Assembly (NCBI GenBank): GCA_045863235.1
Contig: BTUM01000060.1
Coordinates: 1-48,336, forward strand
Direction: 5' to 3'
Source: Candidatus Xenobia bacterium
GTDB taxonomy: Bacteria; Vulcanimicrobiota; Xenobia; Xenobiales; QWHO01
Length of the DNA: 48,336 nt
The notes beneath the pieces are model-generated. The model worked only from the letters and a program-made list of their open reading frames with translations. It did not search any database and was not told where the DNA came from. The position numbers were made by a program, and so were the translations under genes. Positions 18,628 through 28,164 of the stretch are shown here, piece by piece (position 1 is the first letter of the stretch; each line of letters begins with the position of its first letter).

Positions 18628-21348
18628 TCAGGTCAACCGCAGCCGCTTGGCCACGGCGTCGGCCACCACCATCACAGGCGGCCAGATGAGCAGGCTGAGC
18701 CACTGCCAGCCGCTCAGAGGTGCGGTCTGGAAGACCCTTTGCCAGCCCGGAAGATGGGTCAGTGCCAGCAAAGCCAGCACCTCCAGGGCCATGCCCACCC
18801 AGAGCAGCCGGTTGCGCCACCAGGCTCCCCCGATGCGGCGCTCGGAGCGACAGGCCAGCACGTTGCCCAGCTGGCAGGCGATGATGGTGGCCAGAGCCAT
18901 GGTGGTGGACTGTCGGAAGACCTGCTCCAGGTCGCTGGGAGCGGTGTGCCGTAATAGGGAGGAAGTGACCGCCTGCAGCTCACTCAGGCCGTAGCCGTGG
19001 CTCCACCACACGGCCCCGAAGGCCAGCATGGCCGCTGCCCCCTCCAGCATGCCGAGGAAAAGGTAGGCCCGTATCAGCAGCCGTCCGTCCAGCATTGCCT
19101 GCTGGCGCGGGCGGGGGGGCTGGTCCATCAGGCCCGGCTCGGGGGGCTCCGAGCCCAGGGCCAGGGCTGGAACCATATCGGTTCCCAGGTCGACGGCCAG
19201 AATCTGCAGGATGTTCAACGCAGGCGGAATCTTGAGCCCCACCATGAAGAGGAAGGGTAGCATTTCCGGGACGTTGCTGGAGAGAACGTAGGTGAGGAAT
19301 TTGCGGATGTTGGCGTAAACCGTACGTCCCTCCTCGATGGCGCTGACCAGGGTGGCGAAGTTGTCATCGGTGAGCACCACGTCAGCTGCCTCGCGGGCAA
19401 CGTCGGTGCCCTTGCGTCCCATGGCGATGCCGATGTTGGCCGCCTTGAGTGCGGGGGCGTCGTTGACCCCGTCGCCCGTGACGGCCACCACTTCGCCCAG
19501 CTCCTGGTATGCCCGCACCAGGCGCAGCTTCTGCTCGGGCAGGACCCGGGCGAAGATCAGCTCGGGGACTCCGTGGAGCAGGGCCAGCAGCTGGGCCTGG
19601 CTGAGGTGCTCGAGCTCGTCTCCGGTCAGGGTGCGGCCGGGCTCCAGGCCGATCTGGCGGGCGATGGCCCGTGCCGTGGGTCCGGCATCGCCCGTGACCA
19701 TCGTGATACGCAGACCGGCCCGATGGCACTGCTCGATGGCCGCGGGAACCTCGGGCCGGGGAGGGTCGTGCAGACCGAGCAGGCCGACGAAGACAAGCTC
19801 TTGCTCCAGGGCCTGGGGAGTGAGCTGGTGCAAGTTTTCCCCCGGCCGGGCGGCCAGGGCCAGCACCCGCAGGGCGCGGTCGGCCAGCTCGCCCACGGCC
19901 GCTTCGATGCGCTCGCGGTGGGCGGCGTCCAGCTCCGTCACCCCGTCCGCCAGCAGCACCCGGTTGCAGCGCCGCAGCACCTCCAGCGGGGCTCCCTTGG
20001 TCAGGGTGAGCTGGGGAGCGGAGGGCATACCGAGCGCCTGGCCTTCGACCACCACGCTCATCAGCCGCCGGCGTGAGTCGAAGGGAACTTCGCGCAGACG
20101 CTTGCCAGCGGGCTCCAGGCCGAATCTCTGAGCGGCCTCCAGCAGGGCCACCTCGGTCGGGTCGCCGATGGCGACCTGGTCCACCATCCGGGCGTTGGAG
20201 GCCAGCACGGCCCCGGTCAAGAGCGGCTCAGAACGCTCGACTTCGCCCTGAACGGGCAGCCAGAGGCTTTGCAGGGCCATGCGCCCTTGCGTCAGGGTCC
20301 CGGTCTTGTCGGTGCAGATCACCGTCGTGGCCGACAGCGTCTCCACCGCCGACAGCCGCCGAACCAGGGCCTGGCGTCGGGCCATGCGCTGCACGGCCAC
20401 AGCCAGCGACAGGGTGACGGTGGGCAGAAAGCCTTCCGGAACGTTGGCCACGATGATGCCGATGGCAAACAGGGCGCTTTCCAGCACGCCCAGTCCTACC
20501 ACCTCGTAGGCCAGGACGAAGACCAGCAAGCCGATCCCCAGCGAGAGCCAGGTGAGCCGTCGCACCAGCTCGTCGATCTGCAACTCGAGAGAGCTTCGCT
20601 CGCGCACCACCGAGGTGGTCAGCCGGGCCACCTGGCCGAACTCGGTGCGGGCTCCGGTGGCGTAAGCGAGCGCCTGGCCCCGTCCGGCCACCACCGAGCT
20701 GCCCGAGAGAACCAGGTTGCGGATCTCGGCCGGGTGCACCCGCTCTCGGGCCGGACTCTCGCCTGCTTCCAGCGGCTGTCCGGCTCGCACCGGCACCAGC
20801 GTCCGGGGCTCGGCCGCCAACGCCTCGCGAGCCACCGGCATGGACTCGCCGGTGAGAACGGAGACGTCCAGTTGCAGGCTCTCGGCCCAGATCAGCCGGG
20901 AATCAGCGCAGACCCGGTCGCCCTCCTCCAGCACCATCAAATCGCCTGGCACCAGCTCGCGGGCGGGGATCATGCGGGGGAAACCCTGGCGCAGAACGCG
21001 CACCTTCTGAGGCAGGACGCGGCGCAGCGAGTCGAGGGCCCGCTCGGCTCGATAATCTTGCCAGAAGCTGAAGACGGCGTTGATCAGCACCACCGCCCAG
21101 ATGGCCCAGCCCAGCTCGGGCATGCCGGCCAGAAAGGCCAGGGCTCCGGCCAGCCACAGCAGGATGGCCATCAGGTGGGTCACCTGGTCGAGCAGCTTCA
21201 AGGCCAGCGAGCGCCCCTCAGGAGCGGGCAGCTCGTTGGGGCCGTACTGCTCCAGACGACGGGCCGCTTCGTCTGGCTCCAGCCCGGCCGGGCCGGACCC
21301 GAGCCGGGCGTAGACCTCTTCCGGCGGCAACGACCAGAGATTGAGCAT
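18628..21348 (-). CDS. Cation-transporting P-type ATPase (type II, Na+/K+-ATPase-like TM motifs)
   Basis: LTGES, IVANVPEG, CTDKTGTLT, KGAP, TGDGVNDAPAL, ILAVDLGTDMVPA. Confidence 0.95.
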   Translation of the reverse strand: MLNLWSLPPEEVYARLGSGPAGLEPDEAARRLEQYGPNELPAPEGRSLALKLLDQVTHLMAILLWLAGALAFLAGMPELGWAIWAVVLINAVFSFWQDYRAERALDSLRRVLPQKVRVLRQGFPRMIPARELVPGDLMVLEEGDRVCADSRLIWAESLQLDVSVLTGESMPVAREALAAEPRTLVPVRAGQPLEAGESPARERVHPAEIRNLVLSGSSVVAGRGQALAYATGARTEFGQVARLTTSVVRERSSLELQIDELVRRLTWLSLGIGLLVFVLAYEVVGLGVLESALFAIGIIVANVPEGFLPTVTLSLAVAVQRMARRQALVRRLSAVETLSATTVICTDKTGTLTQGRMALQSLWLPVQGEVERSEPLLTGAVLASNARMVDQVAIGDPTEVALLEAAQRFGLEPAGKRLREVPFDSRRRLMSVVVEGQALGMPSAPQLTLTKGAPLEVLRRCNRVLLADGVTELDAAHRERIEAAVGELADRALRVLALAARPGENLHQLTPQALEQELVFVGLLGLHDPPRPEVPAAIEQCHRAGLRITMVTGDAGPTARAIARQIGLEPGRTLTGDELEHLSQAQLLALLHGVPELIFARVLPEQKLRLVRAYQELGEVVAVTGDGVNDAPALKAANIGIAMGRKGTDVAREAADVVLTDDNFATLVSAIEEGRTVYANIRKFLTYVLSSNVPEMLPFLFMVGLKIPPALNILQILAVDLGTDMVPALALGSEPPEPGLMDQPPRPRQQAMLDGRLLIRAYLFLGMLEGAAAMLAFGAVWWSHGYGLSELQAVTSSLLRHTAPSDLEQVFRQSTTMALATIIACQLGNVLACRSERRIGGAWWRNRLLWVGMALEVLALLALTHLPGWQRVFQTAPLSGWQWLSLLIWPPVMVVADAVAKRLRLT

Positions 21349-21350
21349 GG

Positions 21351-22307
21351 TCAGGCCTCGCGCAGCTGGCGGGCATCCTCTTCAGGCAGATGCGGGTTGA
21401 TGAACATCCCGGTCCCCAGCTCGAAGCCGGCCACCCGGCCCAACCGGGGCACGACCGCCAGGTAGTAGTGGAAGTAACGGCTGCCGGCGGTATGGCAGCT
21501 GATGGAGCGCACCACCAGGTTGTAGGCGGGGTCGCCCAGCAGCCGATCCAGGCTGCCCAGGACCTTGCCCAGCAGGGCGGCCAGTTCGGGCAACTCGTCG
21601 TCGCTCAAGAGTGAGAAGCAGCCTGCGTGCTGGCGAGGGAAGATCCACAGGCTGTAGGGTGAGAAGGCCGCAAAGGGAACGAAGGCGGTGAAGCGCCCCA
21701 CCTCGGCCACGATGCGCTGACCCGCGGCGCGCTCGGAGTCGATCATCTGGCAGTAGAGGCAGCGGCCCCAGATGCTGTAACTGCGCACCGCCTCCTCCAG
21801 GCGAACCTGGACCTGCACCGGCATCACCGGCAGGCCGACGATCTGCGAGTGGGGGTGCGAGAGCGACGAGCCGGCCTTCTCTCCGTGGTTCTTGAAGACG
21901 ATGATGTGGTCGATCCCGGGCACCTCCAGCAGAGCCTTCGAGCGGTCGCGCCAGGCTCGCAACACCAGCTCGAGGTGAGCCGGTTGCATGCGGGCCAATG
22001 AGTCGTCGTGGCGGGGGCTCTCGGCCACCACCTCGTGGCGGCCGGCCGAGGGTCGGCACAGCTCCGGGAAGTCGCCGTGGGTCCAGAGCTCGCCTTCCTG
22101 AGGCGTCATCACCGGGAAGCCGTTGGGAAATGAGCGCACCAGCCAGTTCCCGGCCGGGTCACAGAAACGCAGCGATTCGTCGGGGGTGTGCTCCTCGGCG
22201 CCCGGGCAGAAGGGGCAGTCCACCCGCGGCCCCTGGGGCCGCTTGGAGCGCTCAGGGGCGACGATCACCCAGTCGCGGGTGGCGGTGTTGTAGCGCAGCT
22301 CGGACAT
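21351..22307 (-). CDS. galT: Galactose-1-phosphate uridylyltransferase (GalT/HIT) family protein
   Basis: SELRYN...WVIVAPERSKRP, CPFCPG, FKNHG...GSSLSHPHSQ, AGFELGTG. Confidence 0.88.
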   Translation of the reverse strand: MSELRYNTATRDWVIVAPERSKRPQGPRVDCPFCPGAEEHTPDESLRFCDPAGNWLVRSFPNGFPVMTPQEGELWTHGDFPELCRPSAGRHEVVAESPRHDDSLARMQPAHLELVLRAWRDRSKALLEVPGIDHIIVFKNHGEKAGSSLSHPHSQIVGLPVMPVQVQVRLEEAVRSYSIWGRCLYCQMIDSERAAGQRIVAEVGRFTAFVPFAAFSPYSLWIFPRQHAGCFSLLSDDELPELAALLGKVLGSLDRLLGDPAYNLVVRSISCHTAGSRYFHYYLAVVPRLGRVAGFELGTGMFINPHLPEEDARQLREA

Positions 22308-22319
22308 GGTCTCCTCCCA

Positions 22320-23426
22320 TCAGGCCAGGAAGGCGCCGATTTTGTCTTGCTGAGAACGCACGTCGCGGCGCCCCAGCTCCAGCAATCGGTCGGTGAAGGC
22401 GGCGTCGAAGAGCAGGTAACTGGCCAGCTCGGCCGAGCTCTCGTCCCCTCCCAGGCCGCGCAAGAGGTAGCGAACCACGGGTGGAAGTCGATACATCAGC
22501 CCGGCGGCCAGGGCGCTCAGGCTCTGGGAGGGGTTGAGGCAGAGAACGGCCACCTGGCGGAAGGGTTCGCGATTGCCTCCCGAGGCGGCCACCTGGCGAT
22601 TGATGCGCTCGCTGTGGTCGGTGTCGGTCTCCAGGGCGTCGAGCATCACCGCGTCCAGCAGGATGCCCACCACCTGGGCCACGCTGGGGGCCTGCAGCTG
22701 TTGGGAAAATTCCGGTTGAGGGTACGGCTGGCGCACGCCGATGGCCAGCACCCGGTCGGCTCCCAGCTGGATGGCGGGCGAGAGGGGATTGCTGTTGCGC
22801 ACGCAGCCATCCCCGAAGTAGCGGCCTTCGATGGCCACGGGCGGAAAAAAGAGCGGGATGGAGCTGGAGGCCAGCAGGTGCTGGACTCCCAGGCTGGTCC
22901 GCTCCACCCGGTGGCGGGGCCGCTCCCACAGGGGCAGGTCGGGATGTCCCTCCAGGAAGAGCACCCCGTTCCCGGTCTGGTAGTTCGTGGCTCCCACCGC
23001 CAGGGCCCGCAAGCGCCCGGCCAGCACGTGTCCGGGGATGCGCTCGAGGGGGATGCGTGCGAGCAGCCGACCGAGGGGCTCGGTATCGAGCAGCGAACGC
23101 GAGCCCACGTGGCCGAGCAGTCCGCCCAGGCTCAGGTCGCGCATCCAGCGCAGCGCGTTCTTGAGCAGGGTCAGGGGATCGGTCCGGAAGACGCGGTGAG
23201 GGCGGAGATTGCCCCACACCGCGGTGAGCTCGGCGATGCCATCTTGCACGGTCTCGGCATGGGCGGCCAGGGCGGCGGCGTTGATGGCTCCGGCGCTGTT
23301 CCCTACCAGGATGGGGAAGGGAAGCTCGCCACGTCCCATCAGGCCACACTCAACCAGGCCTGCCAGCACACCTGCCTGGTAGGCCCCGCGGGCACCACCA
23401 CCGGAAAGCACCAGGGCTGTCTTCAT
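22320..23426 (-). CDS. Patatin-like phospholipase
   Basis: LSGGGARGAYQAG, GNSAG nucleophile elbow, FGDGC. Confidence 0.93.
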   Translation of the reverse strand: MKTALVLSGGGARGAYQAGVLAGLVECGLMGRGELPFPILVGNSAGAINAAALAAHAETVQDGIAELTAVWGNLRPHRVFRTDPLTLLKNALRWMRDLSLGGLLGHVGSRSLLDTEPLGRLLARIPLERIPGHVLAGRLRALAVGATNYQTGNGVLFLEGHPDLPLWERPRHRVERTSLGVQHLLASSSIPLFFPPVAIEGRYFGDGCVRNSNPLSPAIQLGADRVLAIGVRQPYPQPEFSQQLQAPSVAQVVGILLDAVMLDALETDTDHSERINRQVAASGGNREPFRQVAVLCLNPSQSLSALAAGLMYRLPPVVRYLLRGLGGDESSAELASYLLFDAAFTDRLLELGRRDVRSQQDKIGAFLA

Positions 23427-23435
23427 CTGGTGTCG

Positions 23436-23506
23436 AGTGTAGCGCCAGGGAAGGGGATGTGGTTATGATCCAAGTCAGTTTGGTTCCTCTAGCGGCGTGC
23501 TAAGCT
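23436..23506. promoter_or_regulatory. Bidirectional Crp/Fnr-type box TGATCCAAGTCA (23466-23477)
   Basis: -10 TACACT on minus (23441-23436, 24 nt away) and TG-extended TAAGCT on plus (23501-23506, 23 nt away). Confidence 0.8.
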
Positions 23507-23583
23507 TGGCCTGTCCGTGTTCGCGGACGTGTTCGCGGACCACTAAACGGAGGCCTGTCGGCTTCCTCCAGGAGGTTTTTCCT

Positions 23584-24075
23584 ATGACTCGAGTGTCCGA
23601 CGTCATGACCGACGAGGTGGTCACCATCGGTGCCGAGGCTTCAGTTCGTGAGCTGGCCCAGCTGCTCAGCCGCTCGCGCGTATCCGGCGCCCCCGTGATG
23701 GGGCCCGATGGCCGACCAGTGGGAGTGGTGTCGCAGAGCGACCTGGCCACCTACGCGGCTCACTGCTGGGCTCGCCCCCCGCAGACCGGGCGGAGTCAGA
23801 GCGGGAGCTTCTATGACGGCCTCTGGCTCGGTCAGGTGGCCCCCGAGGCTCTGGAGTCGTTGGCCACGGAAACCCGCGTCGGCGACATCATGGCGCCCTT
23901 TGTCTACTACGCTACCGAGGATACCAGTGTGCTGGAGCTCTCGGGCCTGATGCTGGACAAGCACATCCACCGCGTGGTGGTGATGCGCGGCGATGACGTG
24001 GTGGGCATGGTCTCCAGCCTGGATCTCATTCGGGGCCTGCGCGAGCAGCTCTTGACCGTGATGACCGCCCAGTAG
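23584..24075 (+). CDS. CBS domain pair protein
   Basis: ATG 23584 after GGAGG. RVSDVMT...VSGAPV...GVVSQSDL...RVGDIM...IHRVVV...GMVSSLDL. Confidence 0.92.
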   Translation: MTRVSDVMTDEVVTIGAEASVRELAQLLSRSRVSGAPVMGPDGRPVGVVSQSDLATYAAHCWARPPQTGRSQSGSFYDGLWLGQVAPEALESLATETRVGDIMAPFVYYATEDTSVLELSGLMLDKHIHRVVVMRGDDVVGMVSSLDLIRGLREQLLTVMTAQ

Positions 24076-24167
24076 GTCTCCGGTCAGCGCGGCGGCTGTG
24101 AAGAAGTCGAAACGGTGGAGTCCCTTCGCGCAGGGGAACTCCCCCCTGCCCTGCGAAGCCCTTTTCG

Positions 24168-25133
24168 ATGGATCGTGTGCTGGCAGCCCAGTGGCACCCT
24201 ATCGCCCGCTCCCAGGACGTGGGCGACGTGGCCCCCGCCCGCTTGCTCGGCCAGGACCTGGTGCTCTGGCGCGGCGGCTCTTCCCTCTCCGCCTGGCCCG
24301 ATCTCTGCCTCCACCGCGGCACCAGGCTTTCCCTGGGAAGCGTGCGCGGCGGCCGCCTCGTCTGTGCTTACCACGGCTGGGCCTATGAGCCGGGCGGCCG
24401 CTGCGTCGCGATTCCCGCTCACCCCGACCAGCCCATCCCTCCCCGCGCCTGCACCACGCCTTACGCGTGCTGCGAGAAGGGCGGCCTCGTGTGGGTGCGC
24501 CTTTCGGATCAGGGCGATGAAGAGCCAGCGGGCCTGACAGCCTGGAGCGACCCGGCCTACCGAACTCTGCTTTGCGGTCCCTATCCCTTCCGAGCCTCCG
24601 CTCCCCGAGTCGTGGAGAACTTTCTCGACGTCGCTCACTTCCCGTTCGTCCACGAGGGCCTGCTTGGCACCAGCGAGCGCCCTGAGATTGCCCCCTATCA
24701 GGTCGAGATCGGAGAGCAGGGTCTCATCGTGCGCAACCTGCGCGTTTTTCAGCCCGATCCCGATGGCACCGGCCGTCCCGCCGAGGTCACCTACACCTAC
24801 CGAGTCGAGCGCCCCCTGACGGCCTGGCTCTCCAAAGACGACCGCTTCCTGCTCTATCTCGCGGTCTGCCCGGTCGACGAGCGCGAGTCCATCGCCTTCA
24901 TGGTGATCAGCATGAATTACGCCCACGACCTGCCCGAGGACGAGCTGCGGGCCTTCCAGGACCGCATTGTGACCCAGGACCGGCCCATCGTTGAGTCGCA
25001 GCGCCCCGAGCTCTTGCCCCTCGACCTCGCCGAGGAGCTCCACCTTCGCTCCGATCAGACCGCCATCGCTTACCGCAAATGGCTCCGCTCGATGGGAGTG
25101 GGCTATGGAACCTGTTCCAGTCCAACCCGTTAA
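24168..25133 (+). CDS. Rieske non-heme iron oxygenase alpha subunit (vanillate O-demethylase-like)
   Basis: Rieske CLHRG...CAYHGW and mononuclear-iron ENFLDVAHFPFVH...QDRPIVESQ. Confidence 0.92.
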   Translation: MDRVLAAQWHPIARSQDVGDVAPARLLGQDLVLWRGGSSLSAWPDLCLHRGTRLSLGSVRGGRLVCAYHGWAYEPGGRCVAIPAHPDQPIPPRACTTPYACCEKGGLVWVRLSDQGDEEPAGLTAWSDPAYRTLLCGPYPFRASAPRVVENFLDVAHFPFVHEGLLGTSERPEIAPYQVEIGEQGLIVRNLRVFQPDPDGTGRPAEVTYTYRVERPLTAWLSKDDRFLLYLAVCPVDERESIAFMVISMNYAHDLPEDELRAFQDRIVTQDRPIVESQRPELLPLDLAEELHLRSDQTAIAYRKWLRSMGVGYGTCSSPTR

Positions 25134-25399
25134 GCTTCCTCGCATCGCCCGTGGGAAGCGGTTTGGTCAAACGAGTTTCTCACCGCAGGCCCGGACGGAG
25201 CGGTGCGGGCGAGCTCTGGGGCCGAGGCAAGACGTCGGCCTTTAGCAGATGCGGAACCTGGTCGCTCGCTTTCGTCGCACTCTGGGGCCGAGGCAAGCTC
25301 CGCTCGATCGGGGCACTGCGGTTGGTCCGGGTTGGCTCGTGGGGCGGCCGGGAGACCCGGGCGGGAGAGTCCAGCATCGAATTCTAAAGTGCAAGCACA

Positions 25400-25993
25400 T
25401 TAGCCCTTGCGCTTGAGCCGGACGCCTCCCACACGGAGGCTCGAGTCGTCCATCAGGATGCCGGGAGCACTGGCTTTCATGCCTTCGGCCAGGCGCTCCA
25501 CCGAGCTCTGGCTCTGGGCTTTGCGCTCGGCAGCTTGCCGTTCCGCATCCTGCAGCAACCAGGTCCATTGCTGGAGTCGGCCGCAGCGGTCGATGGCGGC
25601 CTCCTCGTGCTGCTTCTGCTCTTCGGTGCGCTGGCGGCAGTAGTAGGAGCCCCCGAGCAGAGCCAGTCCCACCACGATCCCGACACCCGGACTCGAGACG
25701 AAGGTTGCGGCGGTGCCGTTGAGCAGAGCCGACACGTTAGGAAGGATGAAGGCACCTGCGGCCACCGTGAAGAGAGCCTGACCGCCGAACCAGCAACGGC
25801 GCACGGCCGTCTCGCGGCCGGCCATCCGGTCGGCCTGCTCGCACATGGCGCCGAACGTGTCTCCGGGAACACTGGCAAACACGCGCGTGTCATGCTCGAT
25901 CTGCTGGGCCATCTCCAACCGGTTGCTCTTCAGCTCGCCGGCCGCGGCGAAGAAATCCTGGCGCGAAAGACTCCTGATCTCCATCCTGTCCAA
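25400..25993 (-). CDS. Hypothetical membrane protein (2 predicted TM segments)
   Basis: Two hydrophobic stretches, a coiled region and C-terminal LRVGGVRLKRKG. An alternative start is ATG 25984. Confidence 0.65.
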   Translation of the reverse strand: MDRMEIRSLSRQDFFAAAGELKSNRLEMAQQIEHDTRVFASVPGDTFGAMCEQADRMAGRETAVRRCWFGGQALFTVAAGAFILPNVSALLNGTAATFVSSPGVGIVVGLALLGGSYYCRQRTEEQKQHEEAAIDRCGRLQQWTWLLQDAERQAAERKAQSQSSVERLAEGMKASAPGILMDDSSLRVGGVRLKRKG

Positions 25994-26135
25994 CCTAATG
26001 GGCCGACCTGAAAGATTGCTGACCAGGGCTGCAAATCGTGGATAAGGCTCCGCGCCTTGAAGGTCTTGTCGACCAGAGCCACGAGTTAACTTTTTCGTTC
26101 CTGTAACATGGTGCGACGTGCGTTAATCTTTTCGG

Positions 26136-26978
26136 GTGAATCCGATCGCCTGGGCCCGAAACTTTCTCTCCCACCGGCCCCTTCCCGCCGAGGACCGGAG
26201 GCGTCTCGCCGAGGAGGCGGCGACCGATCAGGCCGATCGGTGGGTCCCGGGAACGCCCCTGAGCCAGACGCGCAACGCCCACTACACGAACACCCCCGCC
26301 GAGCTCGAGCAGGGTCTGCGCAGCGATGCCAACTGGCTCGAAGGTGACATCGGGCGTGAGTGGGGGATACGCAAGCTGCCTTGGATCGGGCGCTTTCAGC
26401 AGCCCATCATGGCCCACGACCCCTACGACGTGGACGGCCTGTCGCTGGACGAGTGGCTGGCCATCGGGGTCGCCTCCGGCAAGGGGCTGAAGCTGGATTT
26501 CAAGAGCTCTTCCGGCCTGGCCGAGATCCTCGACAAGGTGGAGGCCTGCGGCCTGCCGGACGAGAGCCTGATGTTCAACTCCGACGTGATCGCCGGGCCG
26601 GGCAGCCCGCGCATCAAGGGCCCGCTGGTGCGGTTCTTCCAGGACCGGGGCTTTGATCTCGCCCAGCTTCAGGAGATCCGCTCGCGCTTTCCGGAGGCGG
26701 TTCTGTCACTGGGATGCCTGACCGGCAAGCAACCCCCGGGGACCCGCTACGGCCCTGGCGAGCTCGAGAAGCTCAAGGATTTCGCTGTCCAGGTGGGGGG
26801 TCCGATCAACTTCCCCCTGCGCGCCGAGTTCGTGGACGCTTCCGTGGTCAGCGCCCTCAAGCCTTACGGAACGGTCTCCATCTGGAACGACCCGGACACC
26901 TTCAAGCCCACCCCTGAGGATGTGCTGCGCTTCCGGGCGATGGGAGTGGACGGGGTCATCGATCTGCGGAGCTCTTGA
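26136..26978 (+). CDS. DUF2181/FAM151 (menorin-like) phosphodiesterase-fold protein
   Basis: NAHYTN, WLEGDI, PIMAHDP, LSLDEWL and GKGLKLDFK resemble FAM151 motifs. Confidence 0.75.
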   Translation: MNPIAWARNFLSHRPLPAEDRRRLAEEAATDQADRWVPGTPLSQTRNAHYTNTPAELEQGLRSDANWLEGDIGREWGIRKLPWIGRFQQPIMAHDPYDVDGLSLDEWLAIGVASGKGLKLDFKSSSGLAEILDKVEACGLPDESLMFNSDVIAGPGSPRIKGPLVRFFQDRGFDLAQLQEIRSRFPEAVLSLGCLTGKQPPGTRYGPGELEKLKDFAVQVGGPINFPLRAEFVDASVVSALKPYGTVSIWNDPDTFKPTPEDVLRFRAMGVDGVIDLRSS

Positions 26979-26981
26979 AGC

Positions 26982-28079
26982 TCAGGCCGTCGCCAGGTCC
27001 CGCGCTGGCGCCGGCAGGGTGGCCAGGCGCGACTCCAGGGTTTTGGCCAGCACCCGCGAGTCGTCGCGCAGCCCGCGGAGGAACTGGCTGCGGAAAGTGC
27101 GCAGCCCGATCAATCCCAGGAAGAACAAGCCGGGAGCCTCGGTCGACTCCATCGCTTTGAGCGGGGGACGGTTCGTCTCCGGGTCCACCGTGACCAGCCC
27201 GGCCAGGTGGTCGAGAGCGGGGCGGTAGCCGGTGGCGTAGATCACCAGGTCGAAGTGGTCCTGACGGCCATCCGTGAACACCAGCGTCTCCCCCTCGAAG
27301 CGGGCGATCTCCGGCACGAGCGGCACCTCGCCCGACTCGATCATCTTGCGATGGTCGTCGCCGTTCATGCGCACGTTCAGGTTCCAGGGCGTGGTCGTGC
27401 CGGGAATGCGCACCCGGATCCCCTCCATCACCTGGGTGAGCGGGGCCATGCAGAGCTCGAAGATGGTCGGCGGGAAGAAGTCGATCGGTTTGCCATGCGA
27501 GATGGTCACCTTGTAGCCGGCGTAGTGCAGGGCGGCCATGGTCTCGCCGGCCGACAGGCGACCGCCGACCACCAGCACCCGCCCCCGGTTCTTGCCGAGC
27601 AATGTGCGCACCGTGTGGACCCCCTTGAACTCGGATGAGTGGAGCTGAGGCACGCTGCTCTGCGTCGCGCCGGGAATCTCTGGCACGTAGGGCTTGGAGA
27701 AATAGCCGCTGGCGTTGACGAGCAAGCTGCAGACGAAAGGTCCCTGATCGGTCTCGAGCTCGAAACCGGCTGGATGCTTGCGCACCGACTGCACGGTGAC
27801 TCCGGTGCGGAAGTCCAGGTCATGCTTGACGGCATACTCGGCCAGATACTCGGCGTACTGCTCGCGGCGGGTGCGGCTGAGCAGGCGCGTGACGCGCACG
27901 GGTCCGTCGGGCATCCGGTTGTTGAGCCAGGGCCCGTAGGTGGTATTGGCGGCCATGGTGTAGAACGTGTTGCCGACGCGGTCGCTCTTGTCGAGGATGA
28001 GCGACTCGATGTTGCGCTGTTTGAGTTGCTGGGCCAGGGCCAGCCCACCCGGGCCCGCGCCAATGATCAGTACTTGCAT
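26982..28079 (-). CDS. Flavin-containing monooxygenase-like FAD/NAD(P)-binding oxidoreductase
   Basis: IIGAGPGGLA, VNASG, QLHSSEF, VVGGRLSA, VIYATGY. Confidence 0.88.
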   Translation of the reverse strand: MQVLIIGAGPGGLALAQQLKQRNIESLILDKSDRVGNTFYTMAANTTYGPWLNNRMPDGPVRVTRLLSRTRREQYAEYLAEYAVKHDLDFRTGVTVQSVRKHPAGFELETDQGPFVCSLLVNASGYFSKPYVPEIPGATQSSVPQLHSSEFKGVHTVRTLLGKNRGRVLVVGGRLSAGETMAALHYAGYKVTISHGKPIDFFPPTIFELCMAPLTQVMEGIRVRIPGTTTPWNLNVRMNGDDHRKMIESGEVPLVPEIARFEGETLVFTDGRQDHFDLVIYATGYRPALDHLAGLVTVDPETNRPPLKAMESTEAPGLFFLGLIGLRTFRSQFLRGLRDDSRVLAKTLESRLATLPAPARDLATA

Positions 28080-28085
28080 AGTTTG

Positions 28086-28157
28086 AGCATAGCGCCTGGC
28101 AGGTCGAGCAGAATATGATTTACGTCATTTTTCGAAAGCTGACGGGGGGGTTAGGAT
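28086..28157. promoter_or_regulatory. Bidirectional Crp/Fnr-type box TGATTTACGTCA (28116-28127)
   Basis: -10 TATGCT on minus (28091-28086) and TAGGAT on plus (28152-28157), both 24 nt away and each 6-7 nt before an ATG. Confidence 0.78.
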
Positions 28158-28164
28158 GACCGGG

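Noticed and set aside
25214..25297. 18-bp direct repeat CTCTGGGGCCGAGGCAAG (25214 and 25280)
   Set aside because: Only two copies in an intergenic gap, with no associated element. Not enough to call an att site or array.
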